Assembly: GCA_902536655.1 (NCBI GenBank) | Contig: CACAYF010000005.1 | Coordinates: 5,790-69,789 of the forward strand | Source: an uncultured Alphaproteobacteria bacterium | GTDB taxonomy: Bacteria; Pseudomonadota; Alphaproteobacteria; Methylaequorales; Methylaequoraceae | Direction of reading: 5' to 3' | Length of the DNA stretch: 64,000 nt | Shown here: piece after piece, positions 30,210-39,036 of the stretch | Position numbering within the stretch: position 1 is the stretch's first letter | Layout of the letters: each line of letters begins with the position of its first letter | Notes under the pieces: generated by a model | What the model saw: the letters and a program-made list of their open reading frames with translations, nothing else | Databases searched by the model: none | What the model was told of the DNA's origin: nothing | Made by a program: the position numbers and the translations under genes

Positions 30210-30758
30210 TTATTCGCCTTTTAAGGCTTTTTCAAAATATTTGTGTATGATTTTATCCTGATTTTCTAAGAGCCAATCAATTGATGGCTCATCATTCATT
30301 GCCTTTTGAATTGCATTTGTTGTGGCTTTTCTATGAATATCAAAAAGTATTTGGTGGTCTAAATTCTTATCATCGCTTACGCTTGGATTTAACCAAACTG
30401 AGACTATAATACCAACTTCATTTACAATATCTTTCGGAATATAACCTTCGCGAACAGAATCTAAAACCCCATTCGCTATTGCTCCTTGGACAGTGCCCAT
30501 CAGAATATTTGTATATCTATCATCTTTGACTGTAACTTTGCTTACCATTAAAGTAGGGGGTCTAACCATTACGTCTGTATTCATTATAGCGAGAACTTTC
30601 GTATGACCTTTTATTTGATTTCCTATTAAATTTGCGAATGCGGTGCCAAATGGACCATCCAGCTTCCCTATTACAACCTCAGGTTCTGCCGCAGTTCCTG
30701 GTGGTCCGCCAGCAACTAGTGATTCTCCTACCTTCATAACAAAGTCTTGTTTTTTCAT
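30210..30758 (-). CDS. fae: formaldehyde-activating enzyme (Fae) family protein
   Basis: 182 aa. VGESLVAGG...VIGKLDGPFGTAFANLIG...PPTLMVSKVTV...EGYIPKD...GIIVSVWLNP...ATTNAIQKAMNDEPS aligns block-for-block with my recollection of Methylobacterium Fae (VGEALVGDG...LIIGPRGSPAETAF...PNTLMFNKVTI...EGIIPAD...LVGVFIHWEA...ATKLSIQRAVNGEPK). Confidence 0.6.
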   Translation of the reverse strand: MKKQDFVMKVGESLVAGGPPGTAAEPEVVIGKLDGPFGTAFANLIGNQIKGHTKVLAIMNTDVMVRPPTLMVSKVTVKDDRYTNILMGTVQGAIANGVLDSVREGYIPKDIVNEVGIIVSVWLNPSVSDDKNLDHQILFDIHRKATTNAIQKAMNDEPSIDWLLENQDKIIHKYFEKALKGE

Positions 30759-30887
30759 TAATCTCTCCTTAAAATTCGTTTACTTTCATTTTATAGCTCT
30801 AGATCTTATTAGCTAACTTACTTCTATTTGTTAATTTTACAACGTAAAGACTAATTTTTATCTTTTAATTTTAAAAAAAAATCTGCA

Positions 30888-30927
30888 TTGTCATATTAAT
30901 GTAACAATTCTGTAATAATTTCTCATT
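30888..30927 (+). promoter_or_regulatory. tandem Pho boxes in the pstS / fae divergent intergenic region
   Basis: TTGTCAT-ATTA-ATGTAAC-AATT-CTGTAAT-AATT-TCTCATT: three to four 7-mers at 11-bp spacing (6/7, 4/7, 6/7 matches to CTGTCAT), 50-90 bp upstream of the pstS ATG. Confidence 0.5.
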
Positions 30928-30977
30928 TTTAAAGAAGTATTTATTAGCTTTAACCATTTATAACAAGAGAGGACTAA

Positions 30978-32027
30978 ATGAAAAAAAAAATTATAACCTT
31001 TACTGCTCTTGCTTTAATGTTAAGCAATCAATCTGAAGCTCGTGATCAAATTAAAATTGTTGGTTCTTCAACCGTTTATCCATTTGCAACCGTTGTTGCA
31101 GAGAGATTTGGTAAAACGAGTGGCTTCAAAACACCAGTTATAGAATCAACCGGCTCTGGTGGGGGGCTGAAGCTTTTTTGTAAGGGATTAGGAACTCAAC
31201 ACCCAGATATAACCAATGCTTCAAGAAGAATAAAAATGAAAGAAGTAAAAAACTGCGAGAAAAATGGTGTTAAAGATATTACGGAAATAAAAATCGGATA
31301 TGATGGAATTGCAATCGCTAATGCTAAATCTGGTCCAACCTTTGATTTGACGTTAAGAGATCTTTATCTTGCTCTCGCCAAAGAAATACCAGCTGATGCT
31401 GAGGGGGACGAAGTTAAAGCAAATCCCTTCAAAATGTGGAATGAAATTAATCCAAAACTCCCAGCGAAACCAATTGTAGTAATTGGTCCTCCGCCTACTT
31501 CTGGGACTAGGGACGCTTTTAATGAACTTGCTATTGAAAAAGGATGCAAAACTTTTCCAGGTAGGAATGCTCTTAAAAAAAAGGACAAACAATTATATAA
31601 ATCTCAGTGTAGAGCAATAAGAGAAGATGGATTATATGTTGAAGCAGGTGAAAATGATAATCTAATTATAGAAAAATTGGTAGCTAACCCTGACGCTTTA
31701 GGTGTATTTGGATATTCTTTTCTCGATCAGAATAAAGACAAAGTCAAAGCTTCAAAAGTTGACAATGTTTTTCCTGAATTTGAAGCTATTTCATCAGGAG
31801 AATACCCAGTTTCTAGATCATTGTTCTTCTATGTGAAAAATGCTCATGCATCTGTTATACCTGGAGTCAAACAATATGTAAGAGAGTTTACATCATCAAA
31901 GTCTATTGGGAATGAGGGATATCTTATTTCAAAAGGGTTAATTCCACTTCCAAAAAGTGAAAGAGCAAAGTTTGAGAAAGATGGTAAAACCCTTGCGAAA
32001 TTTGATGAAAATTTGTTGAAAAAATAA
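30978..32027 (+). CDS. pstS: phosphate ABC transporter substrate-binding protein
   Basis: Signal peptide plus the GSSTVYPFATVVAERF PstS-family signature. First gene of pstSCAB. Confidence 0.8.
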   Translation: MKKKIITFTALALMLSNQSEARDQIKIVGSSTVYPFATVVAERFGKTSGFKTPVIESTGSGGGLKLFCKGLGTQHPDITNASRRIKMKEVKNCEKNGVKDITEIKIGYDGIAIANAKSGPTFDLTLRDLYLALAKEIPADAEGDEVKANPFKMWNEINPKLPAKPIVVIGPPPTSGTRDAFNELAIEKGCKTFPGRNALKKKDKQLYKSQCRAIREDGLYVEAGENDNLIIEKLVANPDALGVFGYSFLDQNKDKVKASKVDNVFPEFEAISSGEYPVSRSLFFYVKNAHASVIPGVKQYVREFTSSKSIGNEGYLISKGLIPLPKSERAKFEKDGKTLAKFDENLLKK

Positions 32028-32039
32028 ACACAGTAATTT

Positions 32040-33425
32040 ATGGGGTTTTGGTCTTTTTTTTTTATTATAGTATTCCTGGGTTTAACAACTCGATGGTACG
32101 GAACTAATAAAGCTCTTAAATTAAACTCTAATATTAAAGAGGGACCAAAACTTCCATCATTACCTTCATATTATGGTGCCAACGCATTTTTGTGGTTGGT
32201 AATCTCAGTGTTACTTTTTTTGATTGTCTGGGTGTTCTCAAAGCCTTACATCCTAGACTATATTTTAATTCAAAACATTCCAAAAGCTCTAATAGATGAG
32301 TTCGGTGGAACACCTAATATGCTAATTGATATTATTAAGGCCACTGACATATCTAATATTTTTCCAGGAACAAACCCTATTATTATCGAGAATGCTTTAT
32401 ATTATAATAAAATCGACAAACTGATTGATTCGATAGCGTATTCAATAATTCTTTTCGTTGGTTTAACTGTAAGTATTTTTTCAATAAATAGAATCTCATT
32501 TTTATTCAAGGCAAGGCAGGCAGTTGAAAAAACAAATATTAATTTGTTAATTTTGTGTTCTACAATTGCGATAATCGCAACAATAGGGATTATTCTTTCG
32601 CTAATTTTTGAAGCATTGAGATTTTTTGAAAAGGTAAATTTTTTTGATTTTCTTTTTGGATTTAACTGGAGTCCACAAACCGCTATTAGAGAGGGGCAAG
32701 TAGCCAGCGATGGGGCTTTTGGTGCAATTCCAATTTTTTCTGGGACACTTTTAATAACATTTGTTGCAATGTTTGTTGCTATTCCAATTGGTCTCTTTTC
32801 GGCTATTTATTTAGCCGAATACGCTAAACCTTCTTTACGGTCAACGTTTAAACCAATCCTTGAAATTTTAGCAGGTGTACCAACTGTAGTTTACGGATTT
32901 TTTGCAGCAATAACTGTTGGCCCCTTTTTAAAGAATTTTGTTGGAGAATTTGGATTTACTATTGCTTCAGAAAGTGCTATTGCAGCTGGCGGTGTCATGG
33001 GAATTATGATTATCCCTTTCATATCATCACTTTCAGATGATGTGATAAGAGCTGTACCTCAAAATCTTAGAGATGGGTCTTATGCCATGGGTGCAACAAA
33101 ATCTGAAACTGTAAAAAAAATTATTCTTCCAGCTGCACTTCCTGGAATAATGGGTGCAGTTTTATTGGCAATATCAAGGGCTATAGGTGAAACAATGATT
33201 GTTGTAATGGCTGCTGGAATTGCTGCAAATCTAACACTTAATCCTTTTGAATCTGTAACGACAGTTACTGTGCAGATTGTAACATTATTAGTTGGTGATC
33301 AAGAATTTGATAGTGCAAAAACTCTAGCAGCATTTGCTTTAGGAATAACACTTTTTTTTGCTACATTATTTTTAAATATTATCGCATTAAGGATTGTTCA
33401 AAAATATAGGGAAAAGTATGACTAA
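32040..33425 (+). CDS. pstC: phosphate ABC transporter permease PstC (long form, N-terminal extension)
   Basis: 461 aa with an ABC permease EAA-like region. The N-terminal ~150 aa extension is seen in long PstC variants. Confidence 0.75.
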   Translation: MGFWSFFFIIVFLGLTTRWYGTNKALKLNSNIKEGPKLPSLPSYYGANAFLWLVISVLLFLIVWVFSKPYILDYILIQNIPKALIDEFGGTPNMLIDIIKATDISNIFPGTNPIIIENALYYNKIDKLIDSIAYSIILFVGLTVSIFSINRISFLFKARQAVEKTNINLLILCSTIAIIATIGIILSLIFEALRFFEKVNFFDFLFGFNWSPQTAIREGQVASDGAFGAIPIFSGTLLITFVAMFVAIPIGLFSAIYLAEYAKPSLRSTFKPILEILAGVPTVVYGFFAAITVGPFLKNFVGEFGFTIASESAIAAGGVMGIMIIPFISSLSDDVIRAVPQNLRDGSYAMGATKSETVKKIILPAALPGIMGAVLLAISRAIGETMIVVMAAGIAANLTLNPFESVTTVTVQIVTLLVGDQEFDSAKTLAAFALGITLFFATLFLNIIALRIVQKYREKYD

Positions 33426-34695
33426 TAATTTAGATAGAGTCGAGTTATCACTTGTTGGAAGGAAAAGAAGTGAGCGATTGTTTAAGTTTTACGGCTTTCT
33501 TGGAATTTTGATAGCTTTTCTTTTCTTAATAACAATTCTATATTCGGTAATATCTCAAGGTCAAAAAGCTTTTTTCACAACATTTATAAAAGTAAATATT
33601 TTTTTCGATTCTGAGATTATTGATCCACAAAATCAGAGAAATGATGAAGATATCAGATATGCAAATTTTAATAAGATTATAACAGAATCACTAAAGAAGA
33701 AATTTCCTGAAAATTTAAATAAAAATGATTCAAAAGAATTATCAAGCTTCATATCAAGCTCTGAAGCTGATTATTTAAGTGAGTTTGTAGTCAAAAACAA
33801 AGATTATATTGGAAAATATAAAAATATGTGGCTTCTTGCATCATCAAATATTGACGTAATTGTTAAAAATCCTGAGATGGAAGATTTAGACGAAGAAGAC
33901 AGATTAATCTCTGATAAGCAATTAGGATGGTTAAATCAAATAAGATTAAATAAAGAACTTAAAAAAGAACTTAATAAAAATTTTTTTACTAAAGCTGATT
34001 CTACTGAACCTGAACAAGCTGGAATTTGGGGGTCGCTAGTTGGATCCTTTTTAACACTTTTGATCACATTGATATTATCGTTTCCTGTTGCTGTAGCCGC
34101 TGGTGTTTTTCTTGAAGAACTTGCACCTAAAAATAAATTTACAGAATTTTTAGAAGTAAATATTAATAATCTCGCTGCTGTTCCTTCGATAATATTTGGA
34201 CTTCTGGGTTTAGCTATTTTTCTAAATATTATGCATTTGCCGCGTTCAGCCCCTATTGTAGGAGGGATGGTTTTGGCATTAATGACTTTACCAACCATAA
34301 TAATTGCAACACGCTCATCGTTAAAAAGCGTTCCGCCTTCTATAAGAGAAGCAGCTATTGGATTAGGAGCTACGCGATTTCAAAGTGTTGTTGACCATGT
34401 TTTACCCCTTGCTATTCCTGGGATAATGACAGGTACAATAATTGGAATGTCAAGAGCTTTAGGTGAGTCTGCTCCTCTATTAATGATTGGAATGGTAGCT
34501 TTCATTGTGGATGTTCCAACTACGTTCCTTGATTCCTCAACGGCTCTTCCAGTTCAAATCTATCTTTGGAAAAGCACTGCGGCAAGAGGTTTTGTGGAGT
34601 TAACGGCAGCAGGTGTAATTGTTTTATTAGTTTTTTTAATTCTCATGAACGGACTTGCTGTTTTTATTCGACAAAAATTTGAAAAAAAATGGTAG
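33394..34695 (+). CDS. pstA: phosphate ABC transporter permease PstA
   Basis: 433 aa with a large periplasmic insert after TM1, then a permease core (AAIGLGATRFQSV). Confidence 0.75.
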   Translation: MFKNIGKSMTNNLDRVELSLVGRKRSERLFKFYGFLGILIAFLFLITILYSVISQGQKAFFTTFIKVNIFFDSEIIDPQNQRNDEDIRYANFNKIITESLKKKFPENLNKNDSKELSSFISSSEADYLSEFVVKNKDYIGKYKNMWLLASSNIDVIVKNPEMEDLDEEDRLISDKQLGWLNQIRLNKELKKELNKNFFTKADSTEPEQAGIWGSLVGSFLTLLITLILSFPVAVAAGVFLEELAPKNKFTEFLEVNINNLAAVPSIIFGLLGLAIFLNIMHLPRSAPIVGGMVLALMTLPTIIIATRSSLKSVPPSIREAAIGLGATRFQSVVDHVLPLAIPGIMTGTIIGMSRALGESAPLLMIGMVAFIVDVPTTFLDSSTALPVQIYLWKSTAARGFVELTAAGVIVLLVFLILMNGLAVFIRQKFEKKW

Positions 34696-34704
34696 TATAA
34701 ATCC

Positions 34705-35469
34705 GTGGCAGAAAAGATAAAAATATCAACAAAAAAGGTAAATGTTTTTTATGGCGATAAAAAAGCTTTGGAAAACATAAACTTAGAAATACCAGAGAAA
34801 AAAGTTACTTCTCTGATTGGTCCAAGTGGTTGCGGAAAATCAACTTTCATAAGATGCTTGAATAGAATGAACGATACAATAGATATCTGTAGAATTGAGG
34901 GAAAGATCATAATTGATAATGAAGACATCTATTCGAAAGAAATTGACCCTGTCCTTCTGAGAGCAAAAGTTGGTATGGTTTTTCAAAAACCCAATCCATT
35001 TCCAAAATCAATTTTTGAAAATGTTGCCTACGGTCCAAGAATTCATGGGCTTGCTAAGAGTGATGATGAGCTCGATGAACTAGTAACTCAGAGTCTTGTC
35101 AAAGCAGGATTATTCCAAGAAATAAAAGACAGAATTCATGAACCCGGAACCTCTTTATCAGGAGGGCAGCAACAAAGACTTTGTATTGCAAGGACAATAG
35201 CAATAAGCCCCCAGATTATTTTAATGGATGAACCATGCTCAGCCTTGGATCCAATTGCAACCGCCGTTATTGAGGAGCTAATCGACGAGTTAGCTAAAAA
35301 CTTTACTATCGTAATAGTAACGCACTCTATGCAACAAGCTGCGAGAGTTTCGCAGCAGACTGCTTTTTTTCATATGGGTAATTTGATCGAGGTAGGGCGC
35401 ACAGATCAAATTTTTTCAACACCGAGCCAGAAAAAAACTCAAGATTATATCACAGGAAAAATAGGGTAA
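34705..35469 (+). CDS. pstB: phosphate ABC transporter ATP-binding protein
   Basis: Walker [10 protein letters not shown], signature LSGGQQQRL and Walker B ILMDEP. Confidence 0.9.
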   Translation: MAEKIKISTKKVNVFYGDKKALENINLEIPEKKVTSLIGPSGCGKSTFIRCLNRMNDTIDICRIEGKIIIDNEDIYSKEIDPVLLRAKVGMVFQKPNPFPKSIFENVAYGPRIHGLAKSDDELDELVTQSLVKAGLFQEIKDRIHEPGTSLSGGQQQRLCIARTIAISPQIILMDEPCSALDPIATAVIEELIDELAKNFTIVIVTHSMQQAARVSQQTAFFHMGNLIEVGRTDQIFSTPSQKKTQDYITGKIG

Positions 35470-35472
35470 AAA

Positions 35473-36126
35473 ATGAAAGAACATATTGTAACAACCTACG
35501 ATGAAGATTTAAATTCTTTAAAAAGCAACCTTACTAAAATGGGTTTGAATGTTGAGAAACAAATCTACAACGCTGTTGATTTAACTAAAATAATTAACAT
35601 TTCAAAAGCTAAAGAAGTTGTGGAAAATGATAAAGACATTGATGCTTTAGAAAAAAAAATAAGAGGATTTGCAACCATTACGTTGTCCAAAAGACAGCCT
35701 CTTGCAGATGATCTTAGGCAGATTATTATTTCTCTTAAAATATCAAGTATACTTGAACGCATCGGTGATCATGCATCAAACGTAGCCGGAAGGATATTAT
35801 CTGTAAAAAAAGCTCCTGATAGCTACAGCACTGATTCAGTTCACCAACTGGGCCTTTTAGTTTTAAAAAACTTTTCCACAGCCCTAAGTGCTTATGACCA
35901 AGAATCAAAAGAAATTGCACAATCTGTTCCCACTGAGGATATTACAATTAACTCTGTATATGAAACTTGTTTTAGAGAACACTTACATTTAATGATGGAA
36001 GATAGAGATATAATTGGGTTTTGTACACAAATGTTATTTATCGCTAAAGAATTAGAAAGAATTGGAGATCTATCAAAAGTAATATCAAAAGAAGTTATTT
36101 ATAATCTTCAAGGTACTCTTAAATAA
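35473..36126 (+). CDS. phoU: phosphate signalling complex protein PhoU
   Basis: 217 aa with two PhoU repeats (ERIGDHASNVA and ERIGDLSKVI). Confidence 0.8.
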   Translation: MKEHIVTTYDEDLNSLKSNLTKMGLNVEKQIYNAVDLTKIINISKAKEVVENDKDIDALEKKIRGFATITLSKRQPLADDLRQIIISLKISSILERIGDHASNVAGRILSVKKAPDSYSTDSVHQLGLLVLKNFSTALSAYDQESKEIAQSVPTEDITINSVYETCFREHLHLMMEDRDIIGFCTQMLFIAKELERIGDLSKVISKEVIYNLQGTLK

Positions 36127-36816
36127 ATGGAAACTAAAAAAACAATTCTTGTGGTGGAGGATGATAAATCATTACTACCAATGATTACCTACAATATTGA
36201 AAAAAACGGATTCCAGGTAAAATCAGCTACTAACGGTGAAGATGCACTATTGTTAATTAAAGAAGAAATTCCATCATTGGCAATATTTGATTGGATGATT
36301 CCTGAACCAAATGGATTAGAGCTTTGCAAAATTCTGCGAAGAAAACAAGAAACCAGTAATTTACCGATTATAATGTTGACTGCCAGAGAGGAAGAGGAAG
36401 ACAGAATAAGGGGTTTGGAATATGGGGCAGATGATTACATATCAAAACCTTTTAGTCCCGCAGAACTTATTGCAAGAATAAAAGCCCTTATCAGAAGATC
36501 AACTTCTACTCAAAACAACATTTTAGAGTTTGAAGACATTAAAATTTACGATAATGAACATAAAGTATTCAGAGGAAAGTCTAGAGTTCATCTTGGACCC
36601 ACAGAATATAATCTTTTAAAGCATCTTATGGAAAACCCGTGCAGAGTATTTTCAAGAGAACAACTTTTAGATTCTGTTTGGGGACACGGAATTTATGTTG
36701 AACGAAGAACTGTTGACACTCACATAAGGAGACTTAGAAAATCATTAAATATCGAAGGGAAAAAAAACTTCATAAGGACGATTAGATCCTCTGGCTACTC
36801 TATTGATAAATATTAG
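36127..36816 (+). CDS. phoB: phosphate regulon response regulator
   Basis: Receiver domain (ILVVEDD ... D at IFDWMIP ... K at YISKPF) plus an OmpR-type wHTH. Last gene of the pst-phoU-phoB operon. Confidence 0.8.
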   Translation: METKKTILVVEDDKSLLPMITYNIEKNGFQVKSATNGEDALLLIKEEIPSLAIFDWMIPEPNGLELCKILRRKQETSNLPIIMLTAREEEEDRIRGLEYGADDYISKPFSPAELIARIKALIRRSTSTQNNILEFEDIKIYDNEHKVFRGKSRVHLGPTEYNLLKHLMENPCRVFSREQLLDSVWGHGIYVERRTVDTHIRRLRKSLNIEGKKNFIRTIRSSGYSIDKY

Positions 36817-36867
36817 ACTTGTGATAATATTAAAAAATGCGGAGAATAGAGATTAAGGGAATCTTTA

Positions 36868-38757
36868 GTGCAAAGAGTAAAATATAAAGACGGCATATCA
36901 ATAATTGTCACGTTATATAATAAAGAAGAATATATTCTACAAACTTTAAACTCCGCTACAAATCAATTTGAAGAATCTGAAAAATATCAAGTAATTGTTG
37001 TAGATGACGGTTCAAAAGACCGTTCATATAAAATTGCAAAGGATTTCCTTAGGAAAAAAAAAATTGATTACAAAATTTTTACTCAAAGAAATACCGGACC
37101 AAGTATCGCGACAAATAATGCTCTTAAGTTTGTCAAGTATTCCTATATCAAACTTTTAGATGGCGACGATATACTCGCTCCAGATAGTTTGAAATATATG
37201 AAATCACAAATGCAAAAAAAAGATATCGATCTTTTGTATGGTAATTGGGATTGGAGTCCAGATCCCAACAAATATAATTTCATAAATAATAAACCTGAAT
37301 CTTCAGAAATTCAAAATACATTTGAAAAGTTTATTGTAAAGGGTTGGGGTGGGTCGAGCAATCTAATGATTAGAACCGGAACTATCTTGGAGGTTAAGGG
37401 TTGCGATGAAACTGTTTTTGTTCAAGATTATTCACTTCCGCTTCGTGTCGCTGGGAATCAATATATTTCAAAAACCTCCAGAAAGTTCAATGTTTTTTCT
37501 ACTGAGAAAATTATATGTGTTGGACCTTCTTTCATAAAAGAAAGAATAATGAGTAATAATGCTCAGACACTATATGACCTCTCAATAGCAACTCTCAATT
37601 TTTTAGAAAAAGCAACATTTGTGAATAAGGCAGTGAAAAGGAAAGCATTAAGAAAAATAGTTGCACGGTGTTTATCTTGGAGAAGAAGAGTAAATAAAGA
37701 AAAATTTTTTAATAAATTTCTTCTCACATACTGCGCCAGCAAAATTAACCCAATGATTGATCCTAAAGTTGTTCGTTATCACGTATACAGAACTTGGGTT
37801 TCCAATGATGAAATAAGAAAAATTCAAAAAAAGGATAAATCGAAAGTAAAAATTTTAGTTTATGTTGGATTAGACTTACTGGGAGATGCTTTATTAAAAC
37901 TACCTCTTCTTAAATGCCTAAGACAAATATTTCCAAATGCACAAATAACGTGGTTAGCCGGAAAAGGAAATTCAATTTTTAGAACCGATCTTAGTTCTAT
38001 TGCTTCAGGCCTCATAGATAATATTTATGAAGAAGATTTTGGTTCTAATATTTTTGATTTATTAAAAAAAAATAAATTTGGAACTTATGATGTAGTCATA
38101 GATACACAAAAAAGATTTTTAACCACCCTTATATTACAAAAAATTAAAACTAAAATTTTTGTTTCTTCATGTGCAAACTATTTGTTTTCTGATTTAATTC
38201 CTGAAAATCCTGACGAAAAAAATATTAGTAAACACTTAGTTAATCTTTCTGAAGTTCTCAGTTCTTCAAAAGTCAAATTTTCAAATCTTAACAATAATGT
38301 TAACAACAATAAAATTGCTATTTGTCCTGGTGCTTCGGTTATTTGGAAACGATGGGCCTTTGAAAATTTCATTGATATTGCAGAACATTTAATTAGAAGG
38401 AATCTTGTTCCCATCTTTATTTTAGGCCCGAAAGAAACTGATCTAGAAAGAAATTTAATGAGAGAGTTTGGGAAAAAGATAAAAATTTTCAAAAGCAATA
38501 ACCCAATGGAAACAATTAAAATTGTAAAAAATTGCAAAGCAGGTATAAGTAATGACACAGGGTGTGGTCATTTAATTTCCTCAACTGGGACTCCAACCTT
38601 AACTCTTTTTGGGCCGACTGATTCTGAAAAATTTTCTCCAATTGGCAATCCTCTTCATGTTTCAATATCTTCTCAAAAGACCTTTAAATCTAAAAATATT
38701 AATGCTATTCCTGTTAACTTGGTACTAAGAAAGTTAAAAACGATAATCGATTATTAA
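36868..38757 (+). CDS. bifunctional glycosyltransferase: N-terminal GT2 domain fused to C-terminal GT9 (heptosyltransferase-like) domain
   Basis: GTG start with an upstream AAGGGAA. The N-terminus ISIIVTLYNKEEY...VIVVDDGSKD is GT2, and the C-terminus KILVYVGLDLLGDALLKLPLL...GISNDTGCGHL is GT9 ADP-heptose:LPS heptosyltransferase-like. Confidence 0.6.
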   Translation: MQRVKYKDGISIIVTLYNKEEYILQTLNSATNQFEESEKYQVIVVDDGSKDRSYKIAKDFLRKKKIDYKIFTQRNTGPSIATNNALKFVKYSYIKLLDGDDILAPDSLKYMKSQMQKKDIDLLYGNWDWSPDPNKYNFINNKPESSEIQNTFEKFIVKGWGGSSNLMIRTGTILEVKGCDETVFVQDYSLPLRVAGNQYISKTSRKFNVFSTEKIICVGPSFIKERIMSNNAQTLYDLSIATLNFLEKATFVNKAVKRKALRKIVARCLSWRRRVNKEKFFNKFLLTYCASKINPMIDPKVVRYHVYRTWVSNDEIRKIQKKDKSKVKILVYVGLDLLGDALLKLPLLKCLRQIFPNAQITWLAGKGNSIFRTDLSSIASGLIDNIYEEDFGSNIFDLLKKNKFGTYDVVIDTQKRFLTTLILQKIKTKIFVSSCANYLFSDLIPENPDEKNISKHLVNLSEVLSSSKVKFSNLNNNVNNNKIAICPGASVIWKRWAFENFIDIAEHLIRRNLVPIFILGPKETDLERNLMREFGKKIKIFKSNNPMETIKIVKNCKAGISNDTGCGHLISSTGTPTLTLFGPTDSEKFSPIGNPLHVSISSQKTFKSKNINAIPVNLVLRKLKTIIDY

Positions 38758-38799
38758 AAAGACCAAAATCATAGTATAGTCCACTCTTATGAAATTATC

Positions 38800-39036
38800 T
38801 TGCTCATGAATAAAATTGCAGAAGTAAATAAATGGATAGGTACAATCCTTGTCTTAAGTGGCATACTTTTGACAAACCTTAATTACTATCCTTTAAATAT
38901 TTTTTTACATGGCTCAGGTGTTATATTTTGGAGTGTTAGCGGTTATCTATTAAGAGATAAAGCGGTTCTCACAAATTTTGGTTTTCAAATACCAATTTTT
39001 GCATTTGGAATAATTAACTTTTTTTTAACTAGTTAG
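38800..39036 (+). CDS. small hypothetical membrane protein (2-3 TM)
   Basis: 78 aa hydrophobic ORF with no recognisable family. Confidence 0.3.
   Translation: MLMNKIAEVNKWIGTILVLSGILLTNLNYYPLNIFLHGSGVIFWSVSGYLLRDKAVLTNFGFQIPIFAFGIINFFLTS

Noticed and set aside
33936-34298. 120 aa minus-strand ORF inside pstA
   Set aside because: Antisense to a well-supported permease gene, with no RBS or family resemblance.
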